DNA of 64,000 bases, taken from contig CADCMR010000009.1 in assembly GCA_902802585.1 (NCBI GenBank), forward strand, positions 5,921-69,920, read 5' to 3'. The notes below the pieces were generated by a model that was not told the origin of the DNA, ran no database searches, and saw only the letters and a program-made list of their open reading frames with translations. This document shows, one piece after another, positions 46,318 through 54,277 of this stretch. This DNA is from an uncultured bacterium. GTDB lineage: Bacteria > Verrucomicrobiota > Lentisphaeria > Victivallales > UBA1829. Numbering within the stretch: the first letter of the stretch is position 1; every line of letters starts with the position of its first letter. The translations under genes were made by a program, and so were the position numbers.

Positions 46318-48072
46318 TTACCAGCCGCCGGATGCGCCGCCCCCGCCGAAGGAGCCGCCTCCGCCGCCCGATCTCCGGGAACTTCCGCCGGAGGAACTGG
46401 AACTGGAGCTGGACGAGCTCGAACGATGGCTTGACGACCCGCCGGACCCGCCTTTGCCCGATGTCTTTTTCGGCTTGGGTTTCGTCGGGTCGATGATCTC
46501 GTAATGGGGCGCCGACGATTCGACCACGAACCCGAAATAGAAAAGCAGGACGCCCAGGAGCGAACCGATCGCGCCAAGAAGCCCGAATACTGCCTGGGTC
46601 GTGTTCCCCCGGCGGGGATCGAACTTCGGTTCGACCGGCGTGATCTGCGGCGCGACCGTGATCGAGCTTGCGGTTCCCGCCTGTCCCGCATTTGCCGCCG
46701 GACCGCCGGCGAGACAGCTTTCCATGCCGCGGATGATCTTCGCGCAGGCGTCAGCGTAGCGTTTGTCGCGGAGCAACGGCACGGCGTCGCGCAGCAGGTC
46801 GCCGCAGCGGGCGTCGTTCAGGCTCCCTTCCCAGCTGTATCCGACTTCGATCCGGTTCTTCCTGTCCTTGACCGCGAGGAACAGAAGCGCGCCGTTGTCC
46901 TTGCCTTCCTCGCCGAGTTTCCATTTTGAGGCGACTTCGAGCGTGTAACGCTCCAGCGGGATGCCGTCGAGCTGTTTTACCGTCAGGATGCGGACCTGTC
47001 CGCCGACGTTCCGTTCGAGGTGTTCGATCGTCTCCGCCAGCGCGGCTTCCTCGTCCGTGCTGAATACTTCCGCGAGGTCCAGGAGGTGTGCCGGAGCGGC
47101 GTCCGGGATGTCCGGCTGCCTGTAAACCTCCGCGGCGGCTTCCTCGTCGGGGAGCATCTCCGAGTTTATGCCGGCCATGTTCACCAGGTATCCCAGGTAC
47201 ACGCCGAGCACGATCGCGAGGACTTTCAGGACCGGGTGATGGAGGATCGGGCGGGACGGCGCAACGGGCGCGCTCCAGTCTTTCAGCACCAGGTGCGGCT
47301 CGTTCGGATGGCGCCGCTTAAACTCGGCGAGGACCGACGGAGCCTTGGCGATATGCTCCTTGAGCCCGTCGCGGGATGCCAGCAGCGAGATGAGCCCGAA
47401 AAGGAAGATGGGAATGCTGAGAATGAACACGATCACCCCGGACGAGTTGGACGCGTCGGAATACTCCATGGAGTCATAGTATACCCCGGAGAAATCCTTC
47501 TTGACCGTTCCCGGCTGACCGCTTCTGTTCGCCTTCTCCATGGCCCCCTTCAGATCGTCCAGCAGGATTTTCGCCGATCCGCCCCGGCAAAGGAAATCGT
47601 GCGCCTTCAGCGCCTTCTTGAGGGAGTCCCCGTCGTGTCCGCCCAGACGCCATTCGCCGCCTTTCAACGCCATTTTGATCCGGTTATCGTTCAGTCCGTA
47701 GATCAGCAGGACGCCCTTCGGCGTGTCCCATTCGTACAGCACGGCGTCGAAAAGAAGCTGAAAACTCGAATCCCGTTCGTTCACGAACAGCAGGGCGACG
47801 TCGCAGTTTCCCGCTTCCGCCACCTCGTTTGCGAGCTTCGCCAGGGCGTCCCGGTCCTCTTCGCGCAGGACTTTGCACGGGTCGTACAGAGTGATGTGTT
47901 CCGTCGGCGTCTCGCAGTCGATCTTAGGCGGGAACGTCGTGCGGCAGAGGAAAACCAGGGCGATGAGGACGTAGAAGAAAACCAGGAAGAAAAGCGTGAA
48001 GCACCCGAGCCGCGGCAATCTGAACTTGATTCGCGGCTTCCCGGACGGTTTTTCTGTGTCGTTTTGCGTCAA
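46318..48072 (-). CDS. Membrane protein with two TPM (TLP18.3/Psb32/MOLO-1, YgcG-like) domains and Gly/Ser-rich C-terminus
   Basis: 584 aa with apparent TTG start. Second TPM: VRILTVKQLDGIPLERYTLEVASKWKLGEEGKDNGALLFLAVKDRKNRIEVGYSWEG. Tail: SGGGGGSFGGGGASGGW, typical of YgcG-like proteins. Confidence 0.78.
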   Translation of the reverse strand: MTQNDTEKPSGKPRIKFRLPRLGCFTLFFLVFFYVLIALVFLCRTTFPPKIDCETPTEHITLYDPCKVLREEDRDALAKLANEVAEAGNCDVALLFVNERDSSFQLLFDAVLYEWDTPKGVLLIYGLNDNRIKMALKGGEWRLGGHDGDSLKKALKAHDFLCRGGSAKILLDDLKGAMEKANRSGQPGTVKKDFSGVYYDSMEYSDASNSSGVIVFILSIPIFLFGLISLLASRDGLKEHIAKAPSVLAEFKRRHPNEPHLVLKDWSAPVAPSRPILHHPVLKVLAIVLGVYLGYLVNMAGINSEMLPDEEAAAEVYRQPDIPDAAPAHLLDLAEVFSTDEEAALAETIEHLERNVGGQVRILTVKQLDGIPLERYTLEVASKWKLGEEGKDNGALLFLAVKDRKNRIEVGYSWEGSLNDARCGDLLRDAVPLLRDKRYADACAKIIRGMESCLAGGPAANAGQAGTASSITVAPQITPVEPKFDPRRGNTTQAVFGLLGAIGSLLGVLLFYFGFVVESSAPHYEIIDPTKPKPKKTSGKGGSGGSSSHRSSSSSSSSSSSGGSSRRSGGGGGSFGGGGASGGW

Positions 48073-48119
48073 GCTTCGTTCCGTGGATTCACTGAAATAA
48101 CAATATTAGGGTAGGGAAA

Positions 48120-48650
48120 TCAGGGTTTGGATTCGCGGAGGATGCAGATGTCGGGGAGGTTGCGGTAGAGCTCGTCGGAGTCCATGCCGCAGCCGACGAG
48201 GTACTCCGCGGGGGCGCGGAATCCGAACCAGTCGGGTTTCGCCTTTTTCTGCTCGGGCGGAATGGCTTTGTCGAAGAGGACGCAGGTGCGGCAGGAAGCC
48301 GCGCCGTCCGCCAGGATCTTTTTTTGGAGTTCCGCGAGCGTGAAACCGGTGTCGAGGATGTCGTCGATCAGAAGGACATGGCGGTCCTTCACATCGAGTT
48401 TCAGGCGGCCGCGCATCGTGAGTTCGCCGGTGGAGGCGTGGTGCAGGTAGGACCCGGCGGGGAGCGAATCCACGCGCACGGGCAGATTGACGTGCCGCAG
48501 CAGGTCGGCGGCGAAGAAGAACCCGCCGTTCATAATGATGATGGCGGTAAGTTCAAGACCGGCATAGGCGCGGGAGATGTCCGCGGCGAGTTCTTCGACG
48601 CGGCGGCGGATCGTCTGCGCATCGTAAAGTGTGGTGAGGACAATGGGCAT
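48120..48650 (-). CDS. hpt: Hypoxanthine phosphoribosyltransferase
   Basis: 176 aa from ATG 48650 (MPIVLTTLYDAQTIRRRV...). PRPP motif VLLIDDILDTGFTL; ends YRNLPDICIL. The track's 257-aa version has an Arg-rich spurious extension. Confidence 0.9.
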   Translation of the reverse strand: MPIVLTTLYDAQTIRRRVEELAADISRAYAGLELTAIIIMNGGFFFAADLLRHVNLPVRVDSLPAGSYLHHASTGELTMRGRLKLDVKDRHVLLIDDILDTGFTLAELQKKILADGAASCRTCVLFDKAIPPEQKKAKPDWFGFRAPAEYLVGCGMDSDELYRNLPDICILRESKP

Positions 48651-48658
48651 CGGGGGGA

Positions 48659-49153
48659 TCAGGCTCCTTTCGCGGCGGCTTTTTTGAGGGTTCCCGTTGT
48701 GGAGTATCCGGGGACAAAGGGGATGAAGCGGATTTCGGACCCGGCGCCGAGCAGCGCGGCGCGTTCCGCAGGATCCAGCGACTCGACCGTGTAGTCGCCG
48801 CCCTTCACATAAACGTCGGGCTTCAGCACGGCGAGCTCGCGGTCGCAGCGGGACGAACGGAAGACGACCACGCCGTCCACGAACTCCAGGCACGCCAGCA
48901 GGAACGCGCGGTCCGCCTCCAGGTTGACCGGGCGCGTGGGGCCCTTCAGCGCGCGGACGGATTCGTCGCTGTTGATGAGCACGAAGAGGCGGTCGGCGAG
49001 GGCGCGCGCCTGCATGAGGTATTCGGCGTGTCCGCGGTGGAGCAGGTCGAAACAGCCGTTCGTGAGCGCAAGCTTGCGACCGGCTGCGGCGAGCTTGAGG
49101 CGGGCGTCGACCGCCTGTTCCAGCGTCATGACTTTGGCATGGGGATCGGTCAT
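48659..49153 (-). CDS. Cytidylyltransferase-fold enzyme, RfaE domain II-like (D-glycero-beta-D-manno-heptose 1-phosphate adenylyltransferase)
   Basis: 164 aa from ATG 49153: TNGCFDLLHRGHAEYL, NSDESVRALKGPTRPVN, YVKGGDY. Its start lies 1 nt after the upstream stop (TGAtATG). Confidence 0.78.
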   Translation of the reverse strand: MTDPHAKVMTLEQAVDARLKLAAAGRKLALTNGCFDLLHRGHAEYLMQARALADRLFVLINSDESVRALKGPTRPVNLEADRAFLLACLEFVDGVVVFRSSRCDRELAVLKPDVYVKGGDYTVESLDPAERAALLGAGSEIRFIPFVPGYSTTGTLKKAAAKGA

Positions 49154-49154
49154 A

Positions 49155-49751
49155 TCAGTAACTTCTTTCGTCGGAAAGGTCCTTGTGGGCTGGCATGTAG
49201 ACGGTGTCCTCGACATGGATGTCGCTGACGCCGAAGAGCAGGCGGATGGCGGAGTCGATCCCGCCGAGGTTGTGGTCGTTCAGCGAATCCGCGGTGTACG
49301 CGTCGCCGGAAGCCAGGCTCGCGGCGTTCACGAACATGTTGGAGTCCTGGAGCGCGGCGAAATCGCCGCCGAGGTCCGAAGCGGAGGGCGGATTCGTAAG
49401 GCTCACGTGGCCGGTGTTGTCCGCAAGCTCGCGCTTGAACATCGCGCCGTCGCCCGCGGAACCGAGCACGGGCTGGTCGTCCGTCGTGAACGGGATCTCG
49501 TCCGCGCCGTAGTCCCAGTAGCGGATGCTTTCGCCGCCCTGCGAGGAAACGCCGCTCGCACTCTTGCGGTCGGCCTCCTCACGGGCGCGGATGAGCATGG
49601 ACACGCGGTCCGAACTGAGCGCCGCGACGAGCAGGAAGCCGACGAACGCGGCCAGGAGCGCGATGAGCGAGACCATCAGCTCGGCGAAAGCCTGTCCGGA
49701 TTCGCCGCGCCGCAGTCCGTTCCGTATGACCCTGACCGTGCGGAAGTTCAT
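49155..49751 (-). CDS. Hypothetical protein with TadE/pseudopilin-like N-terminus
   Basis: 198 aa. RRGESGQAFAELMVSLIALLAAFVGFLLV has Glu five residues after a Gly and a hydrophobic helix. The rest matches no family I recognise. Placed by tight operon coupling. Confidence 0.4.
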   Translation of the reverse strand: MNFRTVRVIRNGLRRGESGQAFAELMVSLIALLAAFVGFLLVAALSSDRVSMLIRAREEADRKSASGVSSQGGESIRYWDYGADEIPFTTDDQPVLGSAGDGAMFKRELADNTGHVSLTNPPSASDLGGDFAALQDSNMFVNAASLASGDAYTADSLNDHNLGGIDSAIRLLFGVSDIHVEDTVYMPAHKDLSDERSY

Positions 49752-50668
49752 TTCTTGTCTTCCTTCGCTTTATCCTTGTCCGCGTCCTTGTTCGCGTCCG
49801 CCGCCGGAGCGGGAGTCGCGGGCTTTTCGTCATCTTTCGAGAGAAAGAGGTCGGCGGGCGCCTTCGCCTCCTCCACGCGTCCGGCGTCGCGCTTGTCGAA
49901 CTCGACGCGCGTGCGCCAGTCCTGCCCGAACAGGTAAAGCTCCTGCACGACGTAGAAATCGTTTTCCTTCTTCACGCCGCCGAGTTCTAGCTCGCGGTAC
50001 GGCTTCGCCTTGTCGTCGGGGAGCGTGCGGAACCAGTGCGCCTTCAGCGGGAAGAAATACTCCGTGCTAAGCCAGACGCGCACATAGTCGTTCTCGCCGC
50101 CCTTCAGCACGAATACGCGGCAGTCGATCATCTTCACGCTCTCCGGCTTCTCCTCGCGCACCAGGTCGCGGTAGAGGAATCCGAGCGTGAGGTCGGACGG
50201 CATGATGCCGTACAGGGAGAGGCGCGTCTTGTTCTTGTCCGGGACGTCGGTCTCCTGGGTGAAGACGGGCGGCGTGTCGAACGTTTGCCCCATCTCGTAA
50301 TATTCGTTTCCGGCGAACACGAGCTGCGCGATGACCCGTTTCGGGGTGAACCGGATGCCGACGCGGATCGTGTCCTTGACCGCGCTGGAGCCGCTGCGGC
50401 GGTGCGTGGCGGTGCCTTCCATCTTCGCCCAGGACTCGCCGGCGGGCGCGCGGCGCGCCATGCGGAGGAACGCTTCGGCGGAAATCTTCGCGGGGTCGGT
50501 TTCGACGCCTTCGGGGAAGAGCGCCTTGAAGACTTCGGGCGGAAGGTCCTTCTGGGGCGGAAGTTCGTCCTTCTTCGGCGCATCGTCGGCGGCATACGCG
50601 AACGTGGCGGCTGCCAGCGCCAGCAGGGAACAAAGCATCAAACGGGGGGAAAAGCGGATCATGGTCAT
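49748..50668 (-). CDS. Secreted LolA-like (outer-membrane lipoprotein-sorting fold) protein with K/D/E-rich tail
   Basis: 306 aa with signal peptide ...LALAAATFAYA. MPSDLTLGFLYRDL resembles the GSDFSxxDL block of LolA-like proteins. Low-confidence family call. Confidence 0.45.
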   Translation of the reverse strand: MTMIRFSPRLMLCSLLALAAATFAYAADDAPKKDELPPQKDLPPEVFKALFPEGVETDPAKISAEAFLRMARRAPAGESWAKMEGTATHRRSGSSAVKDTIRVGIRFTPKRVIAQLVFAGNEYYEMGQTFDTPPVFTQETDVPDKNKTRLSLYGIMPSDLTLGFLYRDLVREEKPESVKMIDCRVFVLKGGENDYVRVWLSTEYFFPLKAHWFRTLPDDKAKPYRELELGGVKKENDFYVVQELYLFGQDWRTRVEFDKRDAGRVEEAKAPADLFLSKDDEKPATPAPAADANKDADKDKAKEDKK

Positions 50669-53600
50669 TTTCCTTTCTTGGCTGAGGCGCCGGTGTTGCG
50701 CGGCGTCTTCTTCTCCGGGACGTCTCCGGTCTGTGCGCCGGACGAGACTTTGACCCGGAGTTTCCGCGTTTTCACGGGACGGAAATCCTTCGGAGCGGTT
50801 TTCCGGGCGGTTTTTTTGCGGACCGGAACCGCGACGGGCAGCGCAGGCGCGGGGAAAAACAGCGAAATCACCGGGACGTCATCCGCGATTTCGTTCGAGG
50901 TCGAGATTTTAACGTCAAGATGGAGCTTTTTCTCCGGCTTGAACGACTTGGGCGGGGCGGGCTTCTCCTGCTCGGGCAGAGGATGGTGTTCGGGCGCTTT
51001 CAGCGGGACCTGCCCGACCGTGAACGAGGTGCTGTACTTTCCGTAATTCACGATGAGCGTCGGCTTCTTGAACTCGAACTGCGAGGCGGAATGGTGTTCC
51101 GGTTTCTTTTCTTCGGCGGGCGCTGTTTCGGGTTTCTTCTCCCCGGCGGGCGCGGACGATGAAACGGGTGCGGATTCCGGCTGTTTCTTTTCCGGGGCAG
51201 GCTGGGGCGTCTCTGGTTTCGCCTCGGACTGTGCGGATTTTTCCTGCTGTTCGGACTTCTTCTCCCCGGTGGGCGCGGACTGTTTTTCCCCCGTTTTCGC
51301 CGGTTCGGGCTTCCCAGGATCCGCGGGTGCGGCGGCGGACTTGTCCTCGACGGGCTTTCCCTCGGCGGGTTTTTCCGTTTCGGGCTTGACATCAGCGGGT
51401 TTCGCCCCGGATTCGGAATCCGCTTTCTGTTCGGGTTTCTTCTCCTCGGGTTCGACCTTCTGGAAAAGATAGTCGTCGTATTCGTAGAATTCGTCTTTCG
51501 TCTTTTCGGCAGGCTTCGGGACGAATGGTTTGACGTTCTTCGGCATCGCGATCTTCAGCACCTCGTCAATGGAGCGGACGAAGTGGAATTTGATCTTGCC
51601 GCGGACCTCCTGCGGGACGTCCTCCAGGTCCTTTTCGTTGTCGGCGGGCATCACGACGTCGCGGATTCCCGCCCGGAGCGCGGCGATCACCTTCTCGCGG
51701 ACGCCGCCGATGGGCGTGACCTTGCCGCTGAGGGTGATCTCGCCGGTCATGGAAAGGCGCGGTTTCACGGGTCTGTCCGTGAGGAGCGACACGATGGCGG
51801 TGGCGAGCGTGATGCCGGCGGACGGACCGTCCTTCGGCGTGGCGCCGTCCGGGACATGGATGTGGAAATCGTTTTCCTTGAATATCTTCTGGTTAATCCC
51901 GAGCGCTTTCGCGTGACCGCGGACGTAGCTGAACGCCGCGAGCGCGCTTTCCTTCATGACGTCGCCGAGTGATCCGGTGAGCTTCAGTTCGCCGCGTCCG
52001 GGCATTTTGGCCGCCTCGACCTCAAGCGTGGTGCCGCCGTAGCTGGTCCATGCCATGCCGGTCACGACGCCGATGCGCGGGATGTTCTCGCTCTCGTCGC
52101 TGGTGAACTTGCGCGGACCGAGCAGTTCGCGGACCAGCTTGTCGTCCACGACGACCGGCTTCTCCGGCGGTTGCCCGCCGCTTTTTTCCACGAACCTGCG
52201 GACGAGCTTGCGGCAGACCGAGGCGATGGTTCGTTCGAGGTTGCGGACGCCCGACTCCATGGTGTAATGCTCGATGATCTCGAACGCGGCGCTGTGTTTG
52301 AAGCGCACGAACGAGTTGTCGAGGCCGTTTTCCACCATCTGGCGCGGGATCAGGTAGCGTTTTGCGATCTGCTCCTTTTCGAGCGCGGTGTAGCCGGGCA
52401 GGCGGATGATCTCCATGCGGTCGAGCAGCGGGCGCGGGATGGTCTCCAGCACGTTCGCGGTCGCGATGAACATCACCTTGCTGAGGTCGTAGTCCACCTC
52501 GAGGTAATGGTCGTTGAAAGCCTTGTTCTGCTCCGGGTCAAGCACTTCAAGCAGCGCGGACGCCGGATCGCCCTTGTAGTCGCTTCCGAGCTTGTCCAGC
52601 TCGTCCAGCATAAACACCGGGTTGACGGTCCCGGCGCGTTTCATGCCCTGGATGATGCGTCCGGGGAGCGCGCCGATGTACGTGCGCCGGTGGCCGCGGA
52701 TTTCCGCCTCGTCGCGGATGCCGCCGAGCGACATGCGGACGAACTTGCGGTTGAGGGAGACGGCGATGGAGCGCCCGAGCGAAGTCTTGCCGACGCCTGG
52801 CGGTCCAATGAAGCAGATGATCGGGGACTTGCTGTTCTTCTTGAGCTGGTGGACGGCGAGGAATTCGAGGATGCGCTCCTTCACGTCCTTGAGGCCGTAG
52901 TGGTCGGCGTCAAGCACGGATTGCGCGACCTGCACGTCCGCGCGCTCCTCGGTCGCCTGCGTCCACGGCACGCTGAGCAGCCAGTCGATGTAGGTGTAGG
53001 AGATATTGTATTCCGGCGAGGATGCCGGGACCATGTTGAGGCGTTCGAGCTCCTTTTCCACGACCTTGTACGGTGCTTCGGGGAGGTGCGCCTTTTCGAT
53101 GCGTTCCGAGATTGCGACGACGTCCGGGTTGCGGTTGTCCTCGCCCAGTTCCTCGCGGATCTGCTTGAGCTGTTCGCGCAGGAAGAACTCGCGCTGCTGC
53201 TTCGACATGGCGTCGTGTACCTGGCGCTGGATTTCGGAGCCGAGGCGCAGGACCTCGAGTTCGCGGTTGAGCAGGATCGTCAGGAAATGCAGGCGGTCCT
53301 GAAGTTTCAGCGAGGTGAGCAGGACGACCTTTTCCGCGAAGGAGATGTTGAGCGTGTCGGCGATCACGTCCGTGATGCGCGAATTGTCCGTCATGTTGAG
53401 CACGGCGATCTTCAGTTCCTCCGGGAAATTCGGCGCGAACGAGATGACTTCCTGGAACTGCTTCGTCGCGTTTCGGACCATCGCCGCCGTCTCCAGCGAC
53501 GCGTCCGGGGCGTCGGAAAGCCGGTGCACCTTCATGACCATGTACGGCTTGCCCGGCACGACCGCCATGAACCGGCAGCGCGCGATGCCGCGCACAAGCA

Positions 53601-54033
53601 CGCGGACTGTGCCGTCCGGGAATTTGAGCGTCTTCACAATGCGTGCGAGCGCGCCGACGGACGCGATCCGGCGCTTGTTGAGCAGGAATGAGCTGGCGTT
53701 CGGATCGAACGCCTTGCCCTTGATCAGACCGCGCATGGATTCGTCGTCGGGGACCTCCGGGAACAGCGCGATCATGCGGTCTCCGGACGATGCGGCGTCC
53801 ATCATCGCAATCATGCCGGGGTCGTTCAGAACGAGCGGCGTTAGGGCGTGCGGGAACACGACGATGCCGCTCAGAATGAGGGCGGGGGCGTCCACGATAC
53901 GTTCCCCGGAGGAATCGTCATGGGACATGTCGCTTGCGTTTTCTCCTGAAACCGTAATGCTGAGAGGGGCAAAGGACGCCTGGTCCTTTGCTTCCGTGAA
54001 TTCCATGTTCTGATTGTCTTTTTCGTCTTTCAT
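50665..54033 (-). CDS. lon: ATP-dependent Lon protease (LonA) with about 290-aa C-terminal extension
   Basis: 1122 aa from ATG 54033 (AGGAAGGG RBS). Has the Lon N-domain, GPPGVGKTSLGRSIA and the protease block PKDGPSAGITLATAIVSLL. The canonical end ...EVLKIAMPKN falls near nt 51545, and the frame stays open to 50665. Confidence 0.92.
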   Translation of the reverse strand: MKDEKDNQNMEFTEAKDQASFAPLSITVSGENASDMSHDDSSGERIVDAPALILSGIVVFPHALTPLVLNDPGMIAMMDAASSGDRMIALFPEVPDDESMRGLIKGKAFDPNASSFLLNKRRIASVGALARIVKTLKFPDGTVRVLVRGIARCRFMAVVPGKPYMVMKVHRLSDAPDASLETAAMVRNATKQFQEVISFAPNFPEELKIAVLNMTDNSRITDVIADTLNISFAEKVVLLTSLKLQDRLHFLTILLNRELEVLRLGSEIQRQVHDAMSKQQREFFLREQLKQIREELGEDNRNPDVVAISERIEKAHLPEAPYKVVEKELERLNMVPASSPEYNISYTYIDWLLSVPWTQATEERADVQVAQSVLDADHYGLKDVKERILEFLAVHQLKKNSKSPIICFIGPPGVGKTSLGRSIAVSLNRKFVRMSLGGIRDEAEIRGHRRTYIGALPGRIIQGMKRAGTVNPVFMLDELDKLGSDYKGDPASALLEVLDPEQNKAFNDHYLEVDYDLSKVMFIATANVLETIPRPLLDRMEIIRLPGYTALEKEQIAKRYLIPRQMVENGLDNSFVRFKHSAAFEIIEHYTMESGVRNLERTIASVCRKLVRRFVEKSGGQPPEKPVVVDDKLVRELLGPRKFTSDESENIPRIGVVTGMAWTSYGGTTLEVEAAKMPGRGELKLTGSLGDVMKESALAAFSYVRGHAKALGINQKIFKENDFHIHVPDGATPKDGPSAGITLATAIVSLLTDRPVKPRLSMTGEITLSGKVTPIGGVREKVIAALRAGIRDVVMPADNEKDLEDVPQEVRGKIKFHFVRSIDEVLKIAMPKNVKPFVPKPAEKTKDEFYEYDDYLFQKVEPEEKKPEQKADSESGAKPADVKPETEKPAEGKPVEDKSAAAPADPGKPEPAKTGEKQSAPTGEKKSEQQEKSAQSEAKPETPQPAPEKKQPESAPVSSSAPAGEKKPETAPAEEKKPEHHSASQFEFKKPTLIVNYGKYSTSFTVGQVPLKAPEHHPLPEQEKPAPPKSFKPEKKLHLDVKISTSNEIADDVPVISLFFPAPALPVAVPVRKKTARKTAPKDFRPVKTRKLRVKVSSGAQTGDVPEKKTPRNTGASAKKGK

Positions 54034-54074
54034 TGGATCCCTTCCTGGCGGGCTTTGATGCCCCGCCATTACAT

Positions 54075-54103
54075 AATGTAACGCGTCAACGCGCGTTTCG
54101 CAA
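54075..54103 (-). promoter_or_regulatory. Putative lon promoter with overlapping palindrome
   Basis: Minus strand TTGCGA-17 nt-TACATT. The palindrome TTACAT-A-ATGTAA (54069-54081) covers the -10. Confidence 0.35.
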
Positions 54104-54207
54104 GTGGAAAAGGCATTTTTTCCGCCCGCATTCGCGCATTTTCCGGGAAAGACGTGAATATGGGACTCCGTCCGGAGGAAAAAACACGCGCCGCGACCGC
54201 CGGAACC

Positions 54208-54236
54208 TTGAAAAAAGGGATTCCACGTTGTACAGT
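54208..54236 (+). promoter_or_regulatory. Putative promoter of the O-antigen-ligase-like / murD / bat genes
   Basis: TTGAAA-17 nt-TACAGT. Confidence 0.5.
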
Positions 54237-54277
54237 ATAAGATACCATTTTTCTGCTTTTTTGGAGAACAATCCGCC

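Noticed and set aside
48651-48893. Upstream extensions of several track ORFs: hpt to 48893, the adenylyltransferase to 49216, DUF362 to 5038, the lipoprotein to 13945, ROK to 4373, carB to 29309, sigma to 34798, the TM-helix protein to 25786, BatD/E to 59886 and pfk to 46114.
   Set aside because: The extensions are Arg/Pro-rich, or overlap upstream genes or promoters. Internal ATGs with good RBS spacing coincide with the start of family-typical N-termini or signal peptides.
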